Source: Bdellovibrionales bacterium (GTDB lineage Bacteria > Bdellovibrionota > Bdellovibrionia > Bdellovibrionales > JAGQZY01). From it: a stretch of DNA of 64,000 nt. Each line of letters starts with the position of its first letter. Position 1 is the stretch's first letter. The stretch is taken from NCBI GenBank assembly GCA_964230645.1, contig CAXRHT010000002.1:1344001-1408000 (forward strand). The letters run 5' to 3'. The notes under the pieces were generated by a model. That model saw only the letters and a program-made list of their open reading frames with translations, searched no databases and had not been told where the DNA came from. The position numbers and the translations under genes are program-made. Below are positions 48,620-58,127 of the stretch, one piece after another.

Positions 48620-49183
48620 CTACAGTTGGTGACGACCTTCAGAAACTTCTTCCACTAGCTTTCCGCAGAAAGCGGGAAGATCATCGGGAAAACGTGAGGT
48701 TACCAATCCTTGATCGACAACCACTTCGCTATCTTCCCACTCAGCTCCTGCATTCATTAAGTCGGTTTTTATAGATTCATAGGAAGTCATTTTTCTTCCT
48801 TTAACCACTCCAGCTTCGGCAAGTGTCCAAGGTCCGTGACAAATAGCTGCCACAGGTTTTTGCTTAGATCCTGAGAAAAATCCTTTGATAAATTTTATCG
48901 CCTCTTTGTTGGTACGGAGCTTGTCAGGATTAATCACTCCACCTGGCAAAACGAGGGCGTCATAGTCGTCAGCAGATATATTACCGAGGGCTTTATCCAC
49001 TTTGTAAGTCTTACTCCAGTTACCATCTTTCCACGCCTTGATCTCCTCTTTTTCCAACGAAACTATCTCGGCATTTCCTCCAGCATCTTTGATAGCTTTC
49101 ATCGGCTCAGTCAGCTCTGACTCTTCGAATCCGTCCGTGGCTAAAATGGCTATTCTTTTATTTTTTAGAATCTCGGTACTCAT
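48620..49183 (-). CDS. pfpI: PfpI/YhbO (DJ-1 superfamily) protein
   Basis: DGFEESEL, LPGG..NPD.LR, AICHGPW, TSR.P.DL.AF. Confidence 0.9.
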   Translation of the reverse strand: MSTEILKNKRIAILATDGFEESELTEPMKAIKDAGGNAEIVSLEKEEIKAWKDGNWSKTYKVDKALGNISADDYDALVLPGGVINPDKLRTNKEAIKFIKGFFSGSKQKPVAAICHGPWTLAEAGVVKGRKMTSYESIKTDLMNAGAEWEDSEVVVDQGLVTSRFPDDLPAFCGKLVEEVSEGRHQL

Positions 49184-49459
49184 TTGTTCTCCTTTTTTTA
49201 AACAAAATCGATACTCAGTATAGTGAAGGAATCCCTATCAAAAAGACCAAAGGAGAAATGGAGCTGTTGTTTAAAAAACTAGACAACCTCCTGTCCTTTG
49301 GGTGTCGTCACCTTTGGCCACTCGAAAAGAGTAACTCAAAAACCAGTTTTTTCGTCCCACCCAAGCATATTTGTTGAAATTTACAATTTATGTTCACCCT
49401 TACTTTAGGTATATTAGGGTCTCACCAACTAGTCTCTAATATCTATGACAAGAGGAAAC

Positions 49460-50044
49460 ATGAATTTTGACAACTATCGCGAGTTTTTAGGAGGAGTTCT
49501 CAGAAATCCAAAGAGTTTTAGTACGCTTTTTCCCACAGGTGATTATCTCTCAGAAAAGTTGGCGCACTTGGCACAACTAGAAACCCGGTCCTCCGTTCTT
49601 GAACTAGGAGCAGGGTCTGGAGCCATTACTGCCACACTATTAAAGCACCTCAGTCCCGATGCGGAATTCTGTGGTTTGGAACTCGACGCTCAACTTGTTG
49701 AGCATCTTAAAAATCAGTTCCCCCCTCACCGTTTTGAAGAGGGATCAGCCACCCGGATTACTGAAATTTTTCATGGTCAAACTTTTGAAACAATTATCGC
49801 CTCACTGCCCTGGACACTTTTTGACAACAGTGAAAAGAGGGAAATTATCTCTGAAATTCAAAAGTCCCTCACCGAGGACGGTGAACTTATTTTCTTCATC
49901 ACTAAACATGTTGATCACACTTCTTCAGCCAAGGAACTCAAGACTCTTTTCGAACAAGAGAATTTTGAAATTGAAACCGGCCCGAGTGTCTGGCTCAATC
50001 TGCCACCTGCTAACTTATACAAAGCCAAAAGGAAGAAACAATGA
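49460..50044 (+). CDS. Class I SAM methyltransferase, phospholipid N-methyltransferase (PmtA/OlsG-like)
   Basis: VLELGAGSGAIT, IIASLP, W.NLPPA. Confidence 0.75.
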   Translation: MNFDNYREFLGGVLRNPKSFSTLFPTGDYLSEKLAHLAQLETRSSVLELGAGSGAITATLLKHLSPDAEFCGLELDAQLVEHLKNQFPPHRFEEGSATRITEIFHGQTFETIIASLPWTLFDNSEKREIISEIQKSLTEDGELIFFITKHVDHTSSAKELKTLFEQENFEIETGPSVWLNLPPANLYKAKRKKQ

Positions 50045-51408
50045 TTGAATCCACCAATCCTAAAAACGGGAAAACAATTAAGACTTACGAAAAGCTCTCT
50101 GACAAAGAAAGCCTTGAAAAACTAGACAAGGCTCACAAAAGATTTCAATCATGGCAAAAAACCTCTTTTGAAGATCGCTCGAAACTCTTCACTAGCCTTG
50201 CCGACGAATTGGAAAAGAATAAAAAGGAATGGTCAAAATTGATGACTGATGAAATGGGCAAACCCATTGATCAGGCTGAATCGGAAATCGAAAAATGCCA
50301 ATGGGTGTGCCGGTTTTACTCTGAAAATGCGAAAAGTTTCTTAGAAACCGATTCCATCGATGCGGATTACAAGAAGTCTCACGTTGCCTTCCGCCCCTTA
50401 GGAGTGATACTGGCAGTCATGCCTTGGAATTTTCCATTCTGGCAGGTTTTTCGCTTCGCTGCTCCCTCTATCATGGCTGGAAATACGGCGGTATTGAAAC
50501 ACGCCTCCAATGTCCCTGGATGCTCTCTGGCTATAGAGGAGGCTTTTTCCAAAGCTGGCTTTCCTGAGGGTGTTTTTCAATCACTTCTAATAGATCAAGA
50601 TCAGACATCAAAACTCATTGCTCATGATCAGGTACGGGCGGTGACTCTGACTGGAAGTACGGCGGCCGGTAAAAAAGTGGCTTCTCTCGCTGGAGAAAAT
50701 CTTAAAAAAACGGTCCTTGAACTCGGCGGCAGTGATGCCTACCTCGTCCTTGCAGATGCCGACGTTGATTTGGCCGTTGAGAAGTGTACCCAAAGTCGCC
50801 TCCTCAATTCTGGGCAGAGCTGTATTGCTGCCAAACGTTTTATCGTGCACAAATCTCTCGTTGAAGAATTCTCTGAGAAAATGAAGAAGAGCTTTGAGAA
50901 AAAGAAATGGGGCGATCCTATGGAGACTGGCCAAGATCTTGGCCCTATGGCCAGAGCTGACTTGCGAGATGAACTCCACGAGCAAGTAAAAAAATCTATC
51001 GAGAAGGGAGCCCATTGTTTAACTGGGGGAGAAATCCCTGATAAGGACGGAGCGTTTTATCCTCCCACAGTGTTGAAGGATGTGAAACCAGGCCAACCGG
51101 CTTTTGATGAAGAGCTTTTTGGCCCGGTCGCGGCTATTATATCCTTTGATAGTGTTGATGAAGCGATCGCTCTTTCCAATCAGTCAAAGTTTGGACTCGG
51201 TGGAGGCATATTCTCTAAAGACGAAGACAAAGCCTACAAGATCGCTGTTGAGAGTTTGGACACGGGGTCTGTTTTTATCAATGACTTCGTCAAATCTGAC
51301 CCAAGGCTTCCTTTTGGGGGAGTTAAACAGAGTGGCTATGGGCGCGAGCTTTCCTATTTTGGAATCAAAGAATTTGTAAATACCAAAACTGTTTGTGTGA
51401 AAAGCTGA
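50041..51408 (+). CDS. sad: NAD(P)-dependent succinate-semialdehyde dehydrogenase
   Basis: MPWNFPFWQVFRFAAP, LELGGSD, GQSCIAAKRF, EELFGP, PFGGVK.SGYGREL. Confidence 0.88.
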   Translation: MIESTNPKNGKTIKTYEKLSDKESLEKLDKAHKRFQSWQKTSFEDRSKLFTSLADELEKNKKEWSKLMTDEMGKPIDQAESEIEKCQWVCRFYSENAKSFLETDSIDADYKKSHVAFRPLGVILAVMPWNFPFWQVFRFAAPSIMAGNTAVLKHASNVPGCSLAIEEAFSKAGFPEGVFQSLLIDQDQTSKLIAHDQVRAVTLTGSTAAGKKVASLAGENLKKTVLELGGSDAYLVLADADVDLAVEKCTQSRLLNSGQSCIAAKRFIVHKSLVEEFSEKMKKSFEKKKWGDPMETGQDLGPMARADLRDELHEQVKKSIEKGAHCLTGGEIPDKDGAFYPPTVLKDVKPGQPAFDEELFGPVAAIISFDSVDEAIALSNQSKFGLGGGIFSKDEDKAYKIAVESLDTGSVFINDFVKSDPRLPFGGVKQSGYGRELSYFGIKEFVNTKTVCVKS

Positions 51409-51502
51409 TGGATACAAATAAATCAGCAACGCAGCATCGAATCAATCGAGAGCCCATGAGATTCTATAGAATCTTCGCCCGATAAATGGTAAATCCTCTT
51501 AC

Positions 51503-53266
51503 ATGCGCTCAAGTTTCCTCCCCTTTTTTATACTGACCCTGCTTATTCTAGGGTGCCAGAGCAAGAGACTCGAGCAAGGTGGAGAGTCCTATAAACAAAT
51601 TTGCGGAAAATACTACATCAGAAGTGAAGCCTATCACATTTTTTCCGGTGTCTCCTTTGATTCCAATGAAAAAATATTGATTTGTGGCGCTGAAACTCCG
51701 GGATGGCAAGATCCTCCCACCAATCAAGCAAAATCTTTTATCAGAAATTTTCTAAGAGACCGAGGCCTTTACAATCCCACTTTCGAACAAAAAGAAGGTA
51801 AAATCTTTATTGATCCAGGAAGTGTCTCCGAGGTGGAGGGGATCAAATTTCACAATCCTCCCCCTGATTTTTTTGAATCAAAATTCATTGGTATCGACGG
51901 TAAAACAATTTCTTCGGAGAGTTTGGATCAAATAAAACAGTGGACTATTTCTCGACTCAGAACGCTCTCTTATCCGTGCCCTGAAGTATCGGTGAAGGCC
52001 AACCCAGAAACTGATCAGGTGGATGTTTATTTAAGTCCTGGAAAAAAGGAAAACATCAACAATCTTGAACGTTCACAGTTAGATCAATTAGACAGCAGAA
52101 TTCTTTCGCGCTTCGACGCTTTCCAAATAGGCGATCCTTATAAAGATGAAAATTTTATTCTCACATCCAGACGTATGATCGTCTCGGGACTTGTCGATTA
52201 TTCCGATTTTCACAACTACTGTGGTCGACCGGAGCGAGAGTCTAACCATTTCAACCATGAGATTACTTTTGCAAGACCCAGAAAATTTATTTTTGCTATT
52301 GGGGGCACGACTGAGGAATATCCCATTTTAAAATTAAGCTGGGAGCATAATAGAGTTGACAATAAAGCCTCGCGTTTTTTCTCTGAGCTCTATGCCTCTT
52401 CAAGAGAGCAATCGATTAGCTCTGAATTCAATTGGTATCCTTTTCCAAACACTCCCAGACTTCACTTTATTCCTCGTGTGGAGGTGGCTCGCTATTCTGA
52501 AAGAATTTACGAGGCTTTATCCCAAAAGCTCGGTATGGGACTTGCGAGTAGTGTGGATACGTTTCACAACCGATTTCGTTGGGAGCTCTCCCCCACCTAC
52601 AACGTGGAAAAAACCTTTCGTGGAGAAGGACCAGAGCATAGTAGTTTCTTCTCTCTCGATAGCTACCTCACCTTAATGAGTCACGCCTTTGAATTCTATC
52701 AAAATGCTCCAAGAAAAGGTTATTTGGTCGACCTCAACTGGTCGACTCGCCAACGTGGCTTAGGTTCGAGTATTGGTTTGAACCGTTACCTGCTCACGGC
52801 AAAATATCTGATGAACTGGGGAGGCTTTGATCCTCCACTTTTTGTGCTTGGATTTCGTTTTCAGTATGGTCTCTTAGATATCTCCCAACTTGACGATGCC
52901 CCCGTCAGTTCTCGCTTTTTCCTCGGTGGAGATGACAACCTTCGTGGCTTTCCTCGTAAATCTTTAAACAACCAGGGCCTTGGATATTCCTCCTACATTT
53001 ATTTAGGCACGGAGGCTCGCTTTCTAAAAGTCCTCCCCTTTGGCCTACAGCCTTTTTTACTCTACGATATTGCTAAGGTCGCTCTTGAAAATAACACTTT
53101 TATTGAACCGATTTTAACCTCAGCAGGAGCCGGTATGCGCTGGCAAAGTCCCTTTGGATCCTTTCGAGCCACACTGGCCTATGGGATGATCGATAACCAT
53201 GATCAATATGCTCTGGGTCCTACAAATCAGTGGAAAGCTTTTTTCAGCTTCGGAAAGGAGTTTTAG
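51503..53266 (+). CDS. tamA: Omp85 family protein, TamA-like, with a lipobox
   Basis: RFFLGG...LRGF, G.G.RW.SPFG, terminal GKEF; lipobox ILGC; adjacent TamB-like gene. Confidence 0.78.
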   Translation: MRSSFLPFFILTLLILGCQSKRLEQGGESYKQICGKYYIRSEAYHIFSGVSFDSNEKILICGAETPGWQDPPTNQAKSFIRNFLRDRGLYNPTFEQKEGKIFIDPGSVSEVEGIKFHNPPPDFFESKFIGIDGKTISSESLDQIKQWTISRLRTLSYPCPEVSVKANPETDQVDVYLSPGKKENINNLERSQLDQLDSRILSRFDAFQIGDPYKDENFILTSRRMIVSGLVDYSDFHNYCGRPERESNHFNHEITFARPRKFIFAIGGTTEEYPILKLSWEHNRVDNKASRFFSELYASSREQSISSEFNWYPFPNTPRLHFIPRVEVARYSERIYEALSQKLGMGLASSVDTFHNRFRWELSPTYNVEKTFRGEGPEHSSFFSLDSYLTLMSHAFEFYQNAPRKGYLVDLNWSTRQRGLGSSIGLNRYLLTAKYLMNWGGFDPPLFVLGFRFQYGLLDISQLDDAPVSSRFFLGGDDNLRGFPRKSLNNQGLGYSSYIYLGTEARFLKVLPFGLQPFLLYDIAKVALENNTFIEPILTSAGAGMRWQSPFGSFRATLAYGMIDNHDQYALGPTNQWKAFFSFGKEF

Positions 53267-55572
53267 TGAGATATGTAAAAGGTATTCTCATTACCCTTAT
53301 CTTGTTGATCGTTTCACTGACAACGATTGTCCTTCTTCTTTGGTATAACTTGGATTGGATCGCACATCCCGATGTTCTAGCAGCGACTCAAAAACGCTGG
53401 GCTCCAAAAGCGAAGGTTGAGTGGGATAAGATTGATATCGAAGTCACCAATCAGGGGTTTTTCAATAAAACCTTAAATTTGTCCATCGATGAGTCGACTT
53501 GCATCAAATGGAGTGCCACTGAAATATGTATCGAAAAGCTTGCACTGGTCGTCCCCGTTCAGCTCGCTCCACAGTTTAACTACAAAATTGAAAAATTAGT
53601 TTTGATCTCAAACCGATCCCACATCGCCTTGTATGAGTTTGCCAGTGGAAAGCAGGAGTCTACTCCTTTAAATTTTAACAGTCTCCTTTTGACCTATAAA
53701 AGCTATTTAAAACAAATTTTAAATCTTCGGCCCGAGGATTTTAAAATTGAAATATCCAACAGTGTTTTAGATTCAAAAGAATCTCAACAGAAAATCGACT
53801 TTTCTATTGATAAGAAGCAGGTCTCTTTAAATTTTAAACAGGAGACTATGCAGGTCGCGCTCAGCGGAGATCTTAGCACTCTTTCTAAAAACGAGCTCGC
53901 ATTGAAATTAAAGACAGACGTCAAAACAGAATCCTGGCTACTAAACACCCAGGTCAATCTCACTGCGAAAACCTCTGGAGAGAATAAAATTGATATTCTG
54001 GCGATTGATAAAAGTAAAGATGAAGGGATTCCCTCATTTAACCGAGTGGAGACGAGTCTTGATTTAAAAATTAGTGAGGACGGCAGTCGTTTGGCTATTG
54101 ATACCTTTGATTTAAAACCCGATTACGGCTTTGATCGTCTGATTGGGAAAGCCTGCGTGGTACAGTTTTATTCTAGGGATGAAGAAAGTACGACTTGGAA
54201 CTGCCAAAATCTTCGTGTGAGCCGGTTTGACTCACAACAGATCAGAAACTTAAAGAAAGAATTTAAGGCTGTTGAAGATATGCTTTCAGACCTGAACGTT
54301 AAACTTAAAGGCTATCTTAATGAAAAGAATCTTTCCTCAAAAGAAAAAGCCAAATTGGCGGAGGTGAGCCTCAGTGCTGAGAGCGTGAAAAAAGGCTTTA
54401 TGACTCTTGATCTAGCCACTCAAGCTGAGTTCTTCCAATCCGAAAAGAAATTGAGTTGGAATATAAATAATCTTGATACAAATATTAAGATCAACTCATT
54501 TCAAGAAGTGGTCAAAAGACTCAAAGGCAGTCGCTGGGCTATCCCCATGCCGCTGAATACATTGGACGGAACAATCAAGATTGATGTCGAAAAAATTACC
54601 TCCATGACAAGCTCAACTGAAGTGCAAGGACAGGCTCGGATACTTCTTAAAGGAAAAGGTCAACAAAAAGTAGACCTTACAATGAATGGCACCTACACCC
54701 ACAGTATGGACACTGATAAACGTCCCCATAATTTAAAAGCCGTCATCGAGATTGGTAAAGTCTCATTTCATTTACCCCCCTTTGATCCTCTTAAAGGCAT
54801 TCCCTCTGTCGCTAGAGATTCACGCATTAGCACTGAGTCCAATAAAAAGCCGAAAGAAGAAAAATCAACTTTTGATTACAACATTAAGATAGAATCAAAG
54901 AGTAAAGACAGTATTCAAGTTTTTTACAAACATTTCGAGCCTTATTTAACCGCCTCACTTAAAGGAGAGCTCACCCCCAATCAGAGTCAGTTTTCTGTGA
55001 AGATTGAGGACCCTTTTAAAATCTCCTATTTACGACGAGAAGTAACCATCGTTAATTTTGTTTTAGAAAACAACCAAATAGCCAAAGATAAAATCGATAT
55101 TGACGGTCGAATTCGTTACGAAGCTTCTGGGTATATTGTATTCATTGATGTTCTAGGTGATATCGGAAGTCCACGAGTAAAACTTTCGAGTCAACCGAGT
55201 CTCTCGCGAGATGACATTATTTCTTTACTTCTCTACAAACGAACACGCAGTGATCTCACTCAGGCTCAACAACAAAATGTGGGTGGAGCCAACGCTGCTC
55301 TCACCGACCGCGCTATTGGTCTGATAGGAATTTGGGCCTTTGCTTCCACTCCAGTAGAAAGTGTGTATTACGACTCACAAACTCAGAGCTATCAGGCCGT
55401 AATCGGTCTTCCCGGCGAGGTAAATTTGAGTCTAGGAACTGATTGGGAGAATTCCCGATTTGTGGGCCTAAGGAAAAGACTCTCAGACCGCTGGTTCTTA
55501 GTGACTGGCTACGAATCAGGTGATGAACAAGGTGTAGGAAATATTTTCTTGCAAAGAGAGTATACCTACTGA
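53266..55572 (+). CDS. tamB: TamB-like (DUF490) protein
   Basis: N-terminal TM helix from GTG 53266; beta-rich; P.V.LSSQP.LS..DIISLLL. Confidence 0.72.
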   Translation: MRYVKGILITLILLIVSLTTIVLLLWYNLDWIAHPDVLAATQKRWAPKAKVEWDKIDIEVTNQGFFNKTLNLSIDESTCIKWSATEICIEKLALVVPVQLAPQFNYKIEKLVLISNRSHIALYEFASGKQESTPLNFNSLLLTYKSYLKQILNLRPEDFKIEISNSVLDSKESQQKIDFSIDKKQVSLNFKQETMQVALSGDLSTLSKNELALKLKTDVKTESWLLNTQVNLTAKTSGENKIDILAIDKSKDEGIPSFNRVETSLDLKISEDGSRLAIDTFDLKPDYGFDRLIGKACVVQFYSRDEESTTWNCQNLRVSRFDSQQIRNLKKEFKAVEDMLSDLNVKLKGYLNEKNLSSKEKAKLAEVSLSAESVKKGFMTLDLATQAEFFQSEKKLSWNINNLDTNIKINSFQEVVKRLKGSRWAIPMPLNTLDGTIKIDVEKITSMTSSTEVQGQARILLKGKGQQKVDLTMNGTYTHSMDTDKRPHNLKAVIEIGKVSFHLPPFDPLKGIPSVARDSRISTESNKKPKEEKSTFDYNIKIESKSKDSIQVFYKHFEPYLTASLKGELTPNQSQFSVKIEDPFKISYLRREVTIVNFVLENNQIAKDKIDIDGRIRYEASGYIVFIDVLGDIGSPRVKLSSQPSLSRDDIISLLLYKRTRSDLTQAQQQNVGGANAALTDRAIGLIGIWAFASTPVESVYYDSQTQSYQAVIGLPGEVNLSLGTDWENSRFVGLRKRLSDRWFLVTGYESGDEQGVGNIFLQREYTY

Positions 55573-55707
55573 TGAACTCATTCTTGGAAGTTTTAGACTC
55601 TGATCGATTATATTTCTTACACAAGACTTTACCACCAAGGGCCCCTAAGGTATGGATAAATCTGAAGAAAGGATACTGCTTGTCCAGCGTGCTCTTGAGT
55701 GCACATA

Positions 55708-55823
55708 TGTCATCCTGAGCGAACACATGTCGCTCTGAACGCATAAATGTCATCCTGAGCGGCAGCGAAGGATCTTAGGTCTTTCGCTTCGCTCAAGACG
55801 ACAATTGTTCGCTCAAGACGACA
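55708..55823. repeat. REP/RPE-like palindromic element, copy 2, nested
   Basis: Core 55748-55803 differs from copy 1 by one inserted G; outer arms 55708-55725 and 55806-55823 form an 18-bp inverted repeat with 2 mismatches. Confidence 0.8.
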
Positions 55824-55878
55824 AGTTTTTAGCAGGTGGCGGAAAATCGACCGGACAGCGGTAAAGAAAGGAAGGACT

Positions 55879-56757
55879 TTGAAGGTTTTTAAAAAGATTT
55901 ACTTCTTTTTTAGCTTATTAATTAAGCCTCTCTTAGAGGATAGAATCTGGGATGGGGCCGCGGCTCTAGCCTTCTATCTTATTCTCTCTTTGTTCCCAGG
56001 AATGATCGTCTTACTGGGACTGGCCTCTTACCTTCCACTCAATCAAATGATGTCAGCTTATTCCGACTTTGCCTTGATTTATCTCCCACAAAATCAGCTC
56101 GAACTATTTCAATCTGTTGTTGATGACATAAGCAGTGGTGAACAAACAGGCCTTCTTTCCTTTGGATTTTTATTCGCTTTATGGACAGCGACCACAGGAG
56201 TGGGTGCGATCATTCGCCAACTCAACTACGTTTACGACATCAGTGAGAGAAGAAATATCGTAAAAATTCGCCTACTCTCAGGTGGTATAGCGATTACCTT
56301 AATTGTTAGTTTTATGCTTTCCTTTGTGGTCTTGGTCATCGGTAAAGAGCTGACAACCCTACTCGTCGACATGGCACTGATTCCGTGGACAATGAATTTA
56401 ATCCTTCCATTAATTCGCTATTCTTTGGCTGGCGTGGTTGTGTTTTTAATCTTTGCTATCGTTAATGTCCTCGGTCCCCATAGAAAAAAGCGGGGTTATG
56501 TTGTGGTTCCCGGTTGTATTGTAAGCTCTATACTATTCTTACTCTCCTCCTTTCTATTTAGTTTCTACCTTAATAAGGTGACAGATTACTCGGCCACCTA
56601 CGGAAGTATCGGAACTGTGGTGGGTCTATTAATGTGGCTCTATCTTTTTGCACTAAGCCTACTCATTGGCTCAGAGTTTAACCATAGATTAGATAAAAGA
56701 AAAAAAGTAAACTCAGGACTTTCTGCGCAAGTGGGTGAAAAATTGAGGTCAACATGA
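55879..56757 (+). CDS. yihY: YihY/virulence factor BrkB family membrane protein
   Basis: AAALAFY.ILSLFP, LW.A..G, YS.TYGS.G.V..L..WLY......G.E.N. Confidence 0.9.
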   Translation: MKVFKKIYFFFSLLIKPLLEDRIWDGAAALAFYLILSLFPGMIVLLGLASYLPLNQMMSAYSDFALIYLPQNQLELFQSVVDDISSGEQTGLLSFGFLFALWTATTGVGAIIRQLNYVYDISERRNIVKIRLLSGGIAITLIVSFMLSFVVLVIGKELTTLLVDMALIPWTMNLILPLIRYSLAGVVVFLIFAIVNVLGPHRKKRGYVVVPGCIVSSILFLLSSFLFSFYLNKVTDYSATYGSIGTVVGLLMWLYLFALSLLIGSEFNHRLDKRKKVNSGLSAQVGEKLRST

Positions 56758-58043
56758 GCCAAAGAAAAGTGGGAATTGTCGGTGGAGGATTTGCTGGTCT
56801 TAGCCTTGCTCAAGAACTTGCTAATAATCCCAATTTTGAAATCACTTTGATCGATCGAAGAAATCATCACCTTTTCCAACCCCTTCTCTATCAGGTGGCT
56901 ATGGCAGGGCTTAACCCCTCTGAAATTGCTGAACCTTTCCGGAGACTCTTGGGGCGCGCTAAAAACGTCGAGATTATCATGGCCGAAGTCAGCGCTGTTG
57001 ATCCAGAAAAACGACAAGTGTGGTTTTCCGATCAAACAAAGTCTTTTGACTATTTAGCCCTGGCTTGCGGATCAAAACACTTTTACTTTGGCAATGACGA
57101 GTGGGAACGCTGGGCTCCCGGCTTGAAAAGCCTAGAGCAAGCCACAGAAATTCGCCGTCGCATCCTTTTGGCTTTCGAAATGGCCGAAAAAGAAACCGAC
57201 CCCAAAAAGAAAGAGTCTTGGCTCACTTTTGTGGTTGTGGGTGGTGGCCCCACCGGTGTTGAGCTGGCTGGCGCCATCTCAGAAATGACGAAAAGAACGC
57301 TTTATAAAGATTATAAACACGTCGATTTAAGAAAAACCAACATCCATATTGTGGAAGCCGGCGAGCGCCTCCTCAAAGCTTTCCCTGAAAATCTCTCCGC
57401 TCAAACCAAAAAAGATTTGCAAGACCTTGGAGTCAAAGTGCATTTAGGCACTCAGGCTGGTGATTTGAGTGCCCAAGGTGTGAGCCTTGGTGAGGAATGG
57501 ATTTCCTGTCGCACCATCCTCTGGGCCGCGGGAGTGCAAGCCTCCCGTCTTGGACAAAGTATGGAAGTGGAAAAATTAAAAGATGGTCGAATCAAAGTGG
57601 AAAAAGATTTAAGCCTTCCCAATTATCCCAATGTCTTTGTCATGGGAGACCAAGCCGCCTTTACGGATGAGAATGGTCAACATTTACCCGGTCTGGCTCC
57701 AGTAGCCATTCAGGAAGGTCAGTATTTAGCTAAGCTCTTAAAAAGAGAAGCCCAGGGCAAAGAAAGAGAGCCTTTTCATTATTTTGATAAAGGTATTATG
57801 GCCACGATCGGACGCTCTCGAGCCGTGGTGAAAACCGGCCCCTTTGAGTTCTCTGGATTTTTCGCGTGGCTGACATGGGCTCTCGTTCATATTGCTTATC
57901 TTGTGCAGTGGAGAAATCGTTTCTTTGTTCTTATGCAGTGGTGCTGGTCTTATTTTCGTTTCGGTCGTGGAGCTCGCTTGATTGTGAACAAGTCTTGGCG
58001 ATTTTACGGAAAACGTCCTAAAAAAGTTGAACTACCGGATTGA
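56754..58043 (+). CDS. ndh: Type II NADH dehydrogenase
   Basis: GGGFAG, FQPLLYQVA, VGGGPTGVELAG, WAAGV, A.VA.Q.G. Confidence 0.9.
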   Translation: MSQRKVGIVGGGFAGLSLAQELANNPNFEITLIDRRNHHLFQPLLYQVAMAGLNPSEIAEPFRRLLGRAKNVEIIMAEVSAVDPEKRQVWFSDQTKSFDYLALACGSKHFYFGNDEWERWAPGLKSLEQATEIRRRILLAFEMAEKETDPKKKESWLTFVVVGGGPTGVELAGAISEMTKRTLYKDYKHVDLRKTNIHIVEAGERLLKAFPENLSAQTKKDLQDLGVKVHLGTQAGDLSAQGVSLGEEWISCRTILWAAGVQASRLGQSMEVEKLKDGRIKVEKDLSLPNYPNVFVMGDQAAFTDENGQHLPGLAPVAIQEGQYLAKLLKREAQGKEREPFHYFDKGIMATIGRSRAVVKTGPFEFSGFFAWLTWALVHIAYLVQWRNRFFVLMQWCWSYFRFGRGARLIVNKSWRFYGKRPKKVELPD

Positions 58044-58100
58044 ATAATCCGCTTTCCGCCTATTTTTAATCGAAATCCTAGAATTTTTTGGCAATGAGCC

Positions 58101-58125
58101 GTCCGGATATTGCAAATATCCGGAC
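58101..58125. promoter_or_regulatory. Perfect palindrome abutting the secretin start codon
   Basis: GTCCGGATATT-gca-AATATCCGGAC, 2 nt before ATG 58128. Confidence 0.45.
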
Positions 58126-58127
58126 TC

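Noticed and set aside
49258..49377. 39-aa small ORF after AAAGGAG
   Set aside because: Only 2 nt between the SD and ATG, the region is sequestered in a hairpin, and the peptide has no recognisable features
51459..51485. CCCGATAA upstream of tamA as a sigma28 promoter
   Set aside because: No TAAA-like -35 element at the expected spacing
55708..55823. Possible mini-CRISPR array
   Set aside because: Units are inverted and nested rather than direct repeats with unique regular spacers; no cas genes
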